Shown one piece after another: positions 55,971-64,000 of a DNA stretch of 64,000 nucleotides. Where the stretch lies: the NCBI GenBank assembly GCA_964248365.1, contig CAXTYC010000004.1:96001-160000 (forward strand), given 5' to 3'. The position numbers were made by a program, and so were the translations under genes. This DNA is from an uncultured Chroococcidiopsis sp. (lineage in GTDB: Bacteria > Cyanobacteriota > Cyanobacteriia > Cyanobacteriales > Chroococcidiopsidaceae). The notes below the pieces were generated by a model, which saw only the letters and a list, made by a program, of their open reading frames with translations, made no database searches and was not told the DNA's origin. The stretch's first letter is position 1; each line of letters opens with the position of its first letter.

Positions 55971-58697
55971 CTAGCCCCTTTCTACTCGGAATCGAGACAC
56001 AGAATTTTGTAGCTCTTGTGCAACAAGCAGTAGTTCCTGCATGGCAGACAATACAGCATCTGATTCTACCTTTGTTGTTTGGGCGATCGCTGATACTGTT
56101 TGCATAGAGGAGTTGACCATTTTCGAGTTTTGAGCTTGAGAAACTGTACCCAGTGAAATTGATTGCAGCAAAGAGTCAATTTCTAGGCTAACACTAGCCA
56201 AAGATTGCAAAGTTTGTTTGGTTTTTGTCACCAGCAATGTACCACTTACTACCTCAGTGTTGCTCACTTCCATTGTTTTTAGCACATCGCTCGTTCCCTG
56301 TTGTATCGTGCTTACGAGGATCTCAATTTCCCTAGTAGATTCTGTCACCCTTTGAGCTAAACGCCGTACTTCATTTGCTACCAAACGAAACCCTTTACCA
56401 TGTTCTCCGGCTTTAGATGCTTCAATGGCGGCGTTGAAGGCAAGTATATTTGTTCTTTTCGATATTTCAGAGATAATGCTCACAATTTTAGAAATTTCTT
56501 GCGCCGACTGTGCCAGTCGTTTTGCTTTTTTGGTTGTTTCAGATACACGGGTGCGAACCATCTCGATGCTGTCAACGGTTTGATCCATAGTTCGCGCGCC
56601 CTCGTTGGCAGATTCTAGAGCAGAGCGAGCGATCGCAGCGGCTTTTGAGGCGGTGGATGCGATCGCCTCTATAGATTCCTCCATTTGAGCCACCTGAACG
56701 AGCGTTTTTGCCACCTCTTGGGCAGATTCGGTTGCTTCCCCAGACAGTGAGGCTACTTTCGATTCACTTTTAATCGCCTCTGTCTGCACTGAGTTAGCGG
56801 CAGTTTTAACTTGAAGTACCAAATTCCGTAAACTGGAAATTACAGTATTAAAAGCATCGGCGATCGCTCCTGTTTCCCCTTGACTTACGTTGACTCTAAC
56901 TGTCAAATCGCCTTGCTTTACTGTTTCAGTCTCCAGTAGCAAATTAATCATCTCTTGCTGTAAACGTTCTTTTTCTCTACGCCATCGTGCTTCTTGTTGG
57001 CGAATTACTTGCATTTTAGCTTCAATATTAGCTGCCATCCCATTTAAATTGTGAGCCAAGACACCAATTTCATCTTGTCCCTGTGTATCCTCTAATCGTA
57101 ATCCCTGTTTTCCCTCTCCTACAGCAGAAGCAAAATGGGCTAAACGCCTCAGTGGACGCGCAAACGAGCGAGCAATTAGAATAGCTGCCCCAGCTGCTAT
57201 CAGCGTCATTGCTAACCCAATAGTGTAGGCTGTTAATTGCCCTTCTGCTAGTAAACTATTGACTTCTGCTAGAGGTCGTGCTACAAATATCATGCCTACA
57301 GGTTTAGCAGCAGTTGGGTTAAGTTCCTGTTGATGGTCATATAAAGGTCGATAGACTCCTAGATAGTCTACGTTGGCAATTTTTGTTTGCCCGATATACT
57401 CTTGTCCTTGATTGAGAACAGTTTGTGCTACTTGGGGGGGCGCAAGAGTTCCGATATCTCGCATACCATTGCTAGTAGGAACATTAGAACTAATTCGCAA
57501 GTCTTGGGCAAAGACTGTTGCAATGGGGACATTTACCCGTGCTTTAAACGAATCGATTGTTAAGAGATTACGATTTTCTACTGCTCCCACAATCACAGTT
57601 CCCACCAATTTGTTGCCAATTTTAATCGGCTTAACCACCATAGATACTAATGCTGTACCCCCATCAATGTCATAGGTTCGATATTGAGGTTGTTCGTCGG
57701 TTGGCACTTGTTCAGGGTGCGATGCAACACCGATATTCGCTTGTTTTTCTTGCCCTAAACGCTTGACGATATTACTGTTCAACAACTCCATTCCACCTAA
57801 CTCTTTTCCAGTTTGCAGGGCATTTTTTACAATTGGCACATCTCCTAAATAAATACCCATTGGCAATGTCACACGGCGATAGCGTGGAGTTAGTTGCAGT
57901 TGATTTGCAGGCAAGTTGTAAGATTCCTCTGCTAAAGTTTGGACATATTGAGCAACCAATCTACCTTGTGCATCAGTCAGAATTCTGATATTCTTTTCTA
58001 CAGAGCTACTTTCCGGTGAAACTTTAAAATTACCAATATAGTTTTGCAACAGTTGTCGCTGCCGTGCCACCTGTTGAGGATTGCTTATATCAATTTTTGT
58101 GGTTTGTATAAACTGGGCTATAGTATCTGCCTCGGTTCTAGCTTCATCCACATTCCAAACAACATAATCTTCTATAAAGTACATTGCTTCTCTTTGCAGA
58201 GATTGTTTGAACTTGTCGAATAAGTTGTTCTTCGTGACAGCAACAATGCCTTGGGTAACAACAATTATCGGTATCGCAGTACTAGCCACTAATACAATAG
58301 TGAGTTTAGTACGAAAGTTTAAGTTTCTCCAACTTTGGCTGAGCTTGCTTCGTACAAATTTGAATCTGGGAGGAATTTGATTAGGCTGGGAGATTGTTGC
58401 CTGGGATTGAGTAACAGAGCTATTTTTATTTTTTAAGTGGGCATCCTCATGCAACCCATTGGATTCTAAGTTCTCCAACGCTTTTCGGGCAACCCTACTG
58501 TACACTCCCTCTTGATCTTGGTCAAGAATTTGTTGATAGAGTGCAACTGATGCAGAAATTTCTCCTGTTTGCTCTAGAGCATTAGCCAGCAAAATTTTTT
58601 TAACTAAATCTGTAGGGTTGCGTTCAACCTCTGCTTTTAATGCTGCAATATCTTGAGGCGTAGGAGTATGGTGATAACCATTACTTGATGCTGTCAT
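55971..58697 (-). CDS. Methyl-accepting chemotaxis protein (TPR-like N-terminus, Cache-like sensor, HAMP, MA)
   Basis: Two TMs, [48 protein letters not shown] signalling hairpin. Confidence 0.93.
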   Translation of the reverse strand: MTASSNGYHHTPTPQDIAALKAEVERNPTDLVKKILLANALEQTGEISASVALYQQILDQDQEGVYSRVARKALENLESNGLHEDAHLKNKNSSVTQSQATISQPNQIPPRFKFVRSKLSQSWRNLNFRTKLTIVLVASTAIPIIVVTQGIVAVTKNNLFDKFKQSLQREAMYFIEDYVVWNVDEARTEADTIAQFIQTTKIDISNPQQVARQRQLLQNYIGNFKVSPESSSVEKNIRILTDAQGRLVAQYVQTLAEESYNLPANQLQLTPRYRRVTLPMGIYLGDVPIVKNALQTGKELGGMELLNSNIVKRLGQEKQANIGVASHPEQVPTDEQPQYRTYDIDGGTALVSMVVKPIKIGNKLVGTVIVGAVENRNLLTIDSFKARVNVPIATVFAQDLRISSNVPTSNGMRDIGTLAPPQVAQTVLNQGQEYIGQTKIANVDYLGVYRPLYDHQQELNPTAAKPVGMIFVARPLAEVNSLLAEGQLTAYTIGLAMTLIAAGAAILIARSFARPLRRLAHFASAVGEGKQGLRLEDTQGQDEIGVLAHNLNGMAANIEAKMQVIRQQEARWRREKERLQQEMINLLLETETVKQGDLTVRVNVSQGETGAIADAFNTVISSLRNLVLQVKTAANSVQTEAIKSESKVASLSGEATESAQEVAKTLVQVAQMEESIEAIASTASKAAAIARSALESANEGARTMDQTVDSIEMVRTRVSETTKKAKRLAQSAQEISKIVSIISEISKRTNILAFNAAIEASKAGEHGKGFRLVANEVRRLAQRVTESTREIEILVSTIQQGTSDVLKTMEVSNTEVVSGTLLVTKTKQTLQSLASVSLEIDSLLQSISLGTVSQAQNSKMVNSSMQTVSAIAQTTKVESDAVLSAMQELLLVAQELQNSVSRFRVERG

Positions 58698-58717
58698 GCT
58701 CAATTACCGATGAACAA

Positions 58718-59194
58718 TTAGCTATTAGCTAAGGCAATGAAAACTGCATTGACATTGAGAATCGATACCTGCGACTGTTCAATTTCAGCCACACCAGATA
58801 AAAAGGAACGAATGATAGGGGAATCTGCTGGTACAGGTTTTATTTGCTCTGAGTCTAGAAATATAATCTCCTTGAGAATCGATACTACACAGCCAACTTG
58901 AGGTGATTCTTGCTCTCTCGTTGCATTCGCTGCACTTGTGGTTAAGACTATTAGTGTTAAATTATACTGTGAAATTAAGCTTTTAGGAGCGTGACCTAGC
59001 CCTAATAAATCACTTAACTCTAGCACCCACAGTAAACTACCACGCTGATTTACTACACCTAATAAAGTGGGTGATATGCCAGGAATTGGACAAATTTGTT
59101 CACAAGCCAATGTAATTACACCCGCTGTATGCGCGAGAGGTATTAAAAGCCCTGTGGCTGGATGAAGTTGTATGTAGAAGTATTCGTTTATCAA
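58718..59194 (-). CDS. cheW: CheW adaptor
   Basis: ICPIPGISPTLLGVVNQRGSLLWVLELSDLLG. Confidence 0.9.
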   Translation of the reverse strand: MINEYFYIQLHPATGLLIPLAHTAGVITLACEQICPIPGISPTLLGVVNQRGSLLWVLELSDLLGLGHAPKSLISQYNLTLIVLTTSAANATREQESPQVGCVVSILKEIIFLDSEQIKPVPADSPIIRSFLSGVAEIEQSQVSILNVNAVFIALANS

Positions 59195-59246
59195 TTATCA
59201 ATTATCAATTACCAATTACCACTTGTTCATTATTCATTGATTATGG

Positions 59247-59612
59247 CTAGCTAAGATAGCTACAAACAGTCTTGACTAAATCTAGTGGAGCAAAAGGTTT
59301 TGTGATGTAGGCATTTCCTCCCTGACGTAAAGCCCAAAACTGATCGAATTCCTGATCTTTCGATGAACAAAAAATAATTGATGTGTTCTCAAAGTCAGGA
59401 TCAGAGCGTAGTTGGCGACATAAATCAAATCCATTCAAACCAGGCATAACGATATCTAATACGATTAAGTCGGGTTGGGGATTCGAGGCTAACCAGCTTA
59501 ATGCCGATTCAGCTGAATCTACACAGAATACGTTTAAGCCAACTTGTTGCAGTAAAGCCATAATTAAACGTTGGTCAGTGCGGCTATCTTCAACTACTAA
59601 AACAGTTTTCAT
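59247..59612 (-). CDS. CheY/PilH-like single-domain response regulator
   Basis: VLVVEDS, IVLDIVMPGLNGFDLCR, SSKDQEFDQFWALRQG, KPF. Confidence 0.92.
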   Translation of the reverse strand: MKTVLVVEDSRTDQRLIMALLQQVGLNVFCVDSAESALSWLASNPQPDLIVLDIVMPGLNGFDLCRQLRSDPDFENTSIIFCSSKDQEFDQFWALRQGGNAYITKPFAPLDLVKTVCSYLS

Positions 59613-60502
59613 TCTCAATTCAAATCAAAATCAGCAAATAAAAGAGTTAAAATTGTTGATTGTTTAAAATGATTTTAATCATAGGAAAATATGATTGAGA
59701 TAAAGTTATGCTAAATATTTATTATAGAGTTAATTCACCTGCTTAAGCAGGAGGCTATCAAAATTGGGCTGCCTCCAGAAAAGGAAAAGCTTCTTAACGC
59801 AAATTTTAGGCTAGAACTGCCCATATCGCTTCTTCTAAGGGTTGTTCTCTCGCAACTGTCAAAGCACTCTACCATTTGTCAACCACACCCGCCTAGAAAT
59901 TTATTTCTAGCACCAAAGCTCAAAACAGTTAAAACTGATACCATTTTAGATTTTGCGAAAAGTTGAGCTTTGGAGGGTGCGGAGGTTCCCGACCTTGTGG
60001 CAACAACCGCGTGCGGTGTCGGTTTGGCTTGCGCCAAACTTTTCAAGACAGATTTAAAGATTGTGAAAGCCTTATGGGAGTAAAAGTTTCCAGCATTCCA
60101 AGTGTTGCAGCAAGAAAACAAAATGGTATGACTGCGTGGGGATTTGAGTCTATAGCGCAACTCCTTTTCCAATATTGGAAAAGGAGTTTCCTAGTATAGC
60201 GATGTATTTCTAGTCTCATATTTGTATTGTTGGTTTAAGGGGAAATTATACAAGCGATCGCTTCCAATTTCCCCCACTTTCTAGGGCGTGTTTGCCGACG
60301 TCAGTTTGTGAAGAATTTTTACGAGAACTGACATTCTGCATAAAAGGAAAGGCAAAACCTTGAGTATTATCTTAGCAGCTCAAAATCATCGATTTTGTAG
60401 TTGGCAACGCTCTTAATAACAGATTTGTGTTGAGTGAACAAGACATTTGTTTCAAAAGCACTGACAACTGTAATAAAATTTAATTTTTCTTAGGATAAGA
60501 CC

Positions 60503-60787
60503 ATGTCCAACAATACAAATGATTTGCTTCTAGAAGGCGTAAAGGAAGTAGAAAAGCGATCGCTCATCCAAAAATATCTACAATATCCTTTATCCTTTGC
60601 ATTGTCAAAGTTGGCAACTTTGTTTCAAGCTGCTCCTTCTGGTAGCCACCCTCACGCGATTGAAAATGATGGCTCTGAACAATATGAACTCTTTCACCCT
60701 AGTGAGCAAGATTTGTACAGTTGCTTTGCAGATCGAGTTGATCCTTCATTTTACTACGCAATTTTCTTTCCCTACAACCGATATTAA
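60503..60787 (+). CDS. Hypothetical protein
   Basis: 94-aa ORF with ATG preceded by AGGA; C-terminal DPSFYYAIFFPY. Confidence 0.6.
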   Translation: MSNNTNDLLLEGVKEVEKRSLIQKYLQYPLSFALSKLATLFQAAPSGSHPHAIENDGSEQYELFHPSEQDLYSCFADRVDPSFYYAIFFPYNRY

Positions 60788-61587
60788 ACTCTGACGAAGA
60801 AGGAAGAAGGATAAAGGATGTACAAGGGAGCGTTCCCCAAGGGTAGGATCAAGTGTGTTAGCGTTCACGAAGTGTAGCGAAGCGTCTAGCGGCGCGTTAG
60901 CGCAGTGTGAAATTTTAACCTTTATCCTTTTTCTTTACTATCAGCGTGGCTACCACTCTACATTTAAACTCTGAATATTGCAACGCTATTTCAGTTGTCA
61001 GATTGTCACTAAAGGCTGACAATAAGCTATTGCATATAAAAATTGCATCGAGCATCTGGACTTCTGGACCTCTTGACCTCTGGACCTATCATCACTAAAA
61101 ATTAAATATACATCAGCTTAGTACGAGTGTTATTTGTCTTTTATCCTCTGATGGATACAAATACCTAATGACAAGTGACGCGACAATTTACCACTGAAAA
61201 ATGGGTAGAATGAGCATTTAGATGAAACTAATATTATGCTCTTAACCCAAAGGTAAAAAAATGTTTCATCTAGGTCTTAAAGGGTGGAAATTCTGTTAGG
61301 ATTTCCCTTAGTTGTATCATCACCACACCATTTTTGAACTGGTAATGAAATGAGTTTTGGGCTAATAGCTTAATTCGAATGGTACGCTCTTCGAGTGCAA
61401 ATAATCTGAAACTTAAAACTCTAGTAGAGTTGCTTGATCGCTGCTTAATTTTCTTTTGACTAACGCACCGTTTGGGTGTATTGGGTTCCCAAAGTCATAA
61501 GAAGGTTTATTTAGATGGGCGAAAATTAGCAAGATTTATCCAGTTCATTGAGGCGTGATAAAAACGTTTTTCAGACGAGGGTTCGTG

Positions 61588-62304
61588 ATGAAATCAAATT
61601 TAGGAATAGAAGCTGAGTTTTTTTTCCAGCTGGGGTTACGCCAGATTCAAGCAGAAGAATATGAAGCAGCGGTAACGAGTTTAGACAAAGCGCTGTTGTG
61701 CCAACCAAATTATATTGCTGCTATGTCGGAACGTGGCTTGGCGCTGGGAAACTTGAGTCGTCATTATGAGGCGATCGCTAATTTTGACAAAGCTCTCTCG
61801 ATTATGCCAAATAACTACGGAGTTTGGCACAACCGAGGCATTGCACTTGGTAATTTAGGTCAATACGAAGCCGCAATTAACAGCTTTGATCGAGCAATAA
61901 AGCTCAACCCGAAAATATCAACTTTTTGGCATAACCGAGGCATTACATTAATTGACTGGGGTTGCTATGATAAAGCAGTTACCAGCTTTGATCATGCCCT
62001 TAAACTACAACCAGATAGCCACTGGGCATGGTACAATCGAGGTACAGCACTTTTGCAATTGCAGCGCTACGAAATTGCCCTCAACAGCTTTGATAAAGCG
62101 ATTGAGTTCCTCCCCGATTTTTTACTGGCTTGGTATCGTCGGGGTATGACATTAAGTGGTTGGGGCTATTACAAAAAGGCAATTGCTAGCTTTAATAGAG
62201 CTATAGAGATTAATCCAAACTACAAGCTTGCTTATTATAGTTTAGCGATCGCCTTACAGAAATTAGAGCGCGACTCGAAACAATTACCAGCTTCAACAAA
62301 GTAA
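61588..62304 (+). CDS. Tetratricopeptide repeat protein
   Basis: About six 34-aa repeats WHNRG..L..LG.YE.A..SFD.A. Confidence 0.92.
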   Translation: MKSNLGIEAEFFFQLGLRQIQAEEYEAAVTSLDKALLCQPNYIAAMSERGLALGNLSRHYEAIANFDKALSIMPNNYGVWHNRGIALGNLGQYEAAINSFDRAIKLNPKISTFWHNRGITLIDWGCYDKAVTSFDHALKLQPDSHWAWYNRGTALLQLQRYEIALNSFDKAIEFLPDFLLAWYRRGMTLSGWGYYKKAIASFNRAIEINPNYKLAYYSLAIALQKLERDSKQLPASTK

Positions 62305-62343
62305 TGCAAACATAAATTTTTCGTTTGATATCTGCCATATTTT

Positions 62344-62387
62344 GCTGTCTGGTGAATAGCTTGCTATTCACCAGACAGCTTTATTTT
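62344..62387 (+). terminator. Rho-independent terminator
   Basis: GCTGTCTGGTGAATAGC-TT-GCTATTCACCAGACAGC followed by TTTATTTT. Confidence 0.8.
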
Positions 62388-62765
62388 GTACAAATCTAAT
62401 AATAACGATATCATTCATACTGCGATCGTACTTTTACAGATGCGTAGTAAGTTAGGCTTCGCCGCAAAGCACCAAAAGCCTTTAGTTAAAACCTGCCCAT
62501 TACTAAAAACAAATTACTAAAAACAATATTATCAGCACATTTAACAATAACTTCAGTAATAACACTCACAGGCTACCGAGGGCAAAGACGATACAATTTG
62601 CTCAAAGTAGCAATGATTGAAATCCAAAGTGATGATAACAATACTAACTTGAACCGAGACGCATCGGACAAACTTGCTCCTAAGCTCTGCCTAGGAACGA
62701 GAAATTCGAGGCTCAGCCTCGTGTTAACCGCTGATGCAACATCTCAATCAAAGAATATTTATAAA

Positions 62766-63620
62766 ATGAAGCAAAAAAATAAATTTAGCCACCTGACGGC
62801 AATAGAAAGAATTTACCTATCATTTCCTGCCCAGTTTTTATTAGAGAAAAACCTACTTAAAGGTAAAGTATTAGACTTTGGTTGTGGCAAGGGCAATGAT
62901 GTTAAATTATTGCAACAAAAAGGCTTTGACGTTACAGGTTATGACCCTTATTATTTACCACATTACCCAGATAATAAATATGATACCATAATCTGCTTTT
63001 ATGTTTTAAACGTTTTGTTCCCCCACGAACAAGCTAATATTTTAATGGAAGTTTCCCATCTGTTGAAACCAGGAGGAAAAGCGTATTTTGCAGTTAGAAG
63101 GGACATAAAAAAAGAAGGCTTTCGAGAACATTACATTCACAAAAAACATACATATCAGTGTATTGTTAAACTTCCATTTAAATCAATCCACCAGGATGAG
63201 TACTGCGAAATTTACGAGTATATTCATTATAATCATCAAAGAAATTCATCTAACAAGTGCGTATTTTGTAACCCTCATAAAAGTCTAACTTTACTAACAG
63301 AGTCAGCGACAGCTTATGCTATGCTTGATGGTTATCCCGTGAGTAAAGGTCATGTACTGATCGTACCCAAACGCCATGTTGCTAATTATTTTGAACTGCC
63401 ATTTAAAGAGCAATCTGCCTGCTGGTTTATGGCTAATAAAGTGCAAGAAATTTTAAGCAAAGAATTTTTACCGCACGGATTTAATGTGGGAATGAACATC
63501 AATAAAGACGCAGGTCAAAATATGATGCACGCTAGTATTCATATTATCCCGCGTTACCAAGGTGATGCCGTCCCTTCTAAAGGCGGAATGAGATATGTGA
63601 TTCCTAAAAGACATCAGTAG
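62766..63620 (+). CDS. Class I SAM-dependent methyltransferase fused to a HIT-family domain
   Basis: VLDFGCGKG, GYDPY, FYVLNV; then CVFC, YPVSKGHVLIVPKRH, GFNVGMN..AGQ..HASIHIIPR; ATG at 62766. Confidence 0.88.
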   Translation: MKQKNKFSHLTAIERIYLSFPAQFLLEKNLLKGKVLDFGCGKGNDVKLLQQKGFDVTGYDPYYLPHYPDNKYDTIICFYVLNVLFPHEQANILMEVSHLLKPGGKAYFAVRRDIKKEGFREHYIHKKHTYQCIVKLPFKSIHQDEYCEIYEYIHYNHQRNSSNKCVFCNPHKSLTLLTESATAYAMLDGYPVSKGHVLIVPKRHVANYFELPFKEQSACWFMANKVQEILSKEFLPHGFNVGMNINKDAGQNMMHASIHIIPRYQGDAVPSKGGMRYVIPKRHQ

Positions 63621-63672
63621 GGTGGGCAATGCCCACCTTGCTCAATAAAATGGTGGGCAATGCCCACCCTAC
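63617..63672. repeat. Inverted pair of GTAG-type REP palindromes between convergent genes
   Basis: GTAGGGTGGGCAATGCCCACC...GGTGGGCAATGCCCACCCTAC. Confidence 0.85.
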
Positions 63673-64000
63673 TCTCCTGTAATTGACAAGTTATCAACCC
63701 AGACTCTCGGACATACTCCGCCTGGTGTCAGTTCCACCTCTTTTTCAACAAAAATAATTGACTGCAAGAGTTCGAGAAAATCTCCCGCCACAGTTGCAGA
63801 CTCAATACTTGTCCGTTTGCCATTATTGACTATCCAGCCATCAAACGGTAGGGAAAAAGAACCTTGTAAGGCTTTGACTCCGGCGTGTAGCGCTTGTAAG
63901 TCATCAATCAAAATCACGTTTTCGGCAGTATCCAAGCTGTATTCTTGCTCAGCGGCGGCGGCTGGAAAAACATGATAAAAGTGGGGACTTACACTCACCT
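63669..64000 (-). CDS. TldD/PmbA family protein, 3' end (runs off the window)
   Basis: LHAGVKALQGSFSLPFDGW..NGK..IESATVAGDFLELL...PRVWVDNLSITGE. Confidence 0.8.
   Translation of the reverse strand, partial: VSVSPHFYHVFPAAAAEQEYSLDTAENVILIDDLQALHAGVKALQGSFSLPFDGWIVNNGKRTSIESATVAGDFLELLQSIIFVEKEVELTPGGVCPRVWVDNLSITGE

Noticed and set aside
59760..60199. ORFs upstream of cheY as a patA-like gene or another relic
   Set aside because: No receiver or PATAN motifs; the region contains repeat-derived sequence, and I could not assign the fragments.
62598..62765. N-terminal extension of the MTase-HIT ORF
   Set aside because: TTG start and contains a palindromic repeat (CCTAAGCTCTGCCTAGG, CGAGGCTCAGCCTCG); domain similarity starts at ATG 62766.

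Overview
64-kb window of a cyanobacterial chromosome, most likely Nostocales- or Chroococcidiopsis-like. The assignment rests on psbB-psbT, very frequent HIP1 GCGATCGC, heptamer STRR tracts and GTAG-type REP palindromes. Core genes: rps1 (partial), nrdR, psbT, psbB, mnmG, ligA, queC, pyrE, thiC with a TPP riboswitch, ygfZ, birA, pgeF, hisA, csaB and a tRNA(CAU). Larger modules: a CoaR/CoaT-type cobalt system, a TetR-DevB-DUF2834-DevC-DevA exporter, and a CheY-CheW-MCP-CheA chemosensory operon followed by two coupled genes of unknown output. The most unusual accessory locus is a coupled STAND-type ATPase / short WD40 / second STAND-type ATPase triad resembling a split NLR (18.2-21.7 kb); its first gene carries one nonsense codon. 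Also notable: a HgiDI-like C5 methylase preceded by only the last ~30 codons of a probable endonuclease, a SAM-methyltransferase-HIT fusion with His-to-Ser at the catalytic position, several eroding accessory genes, and in-frame repeat insertions in ligA, birA, pgeF and cheA. No CRISPR array, rRNA or transposase was seen. Family assignments come from motif recognition and recall of homologues; no database search was run.
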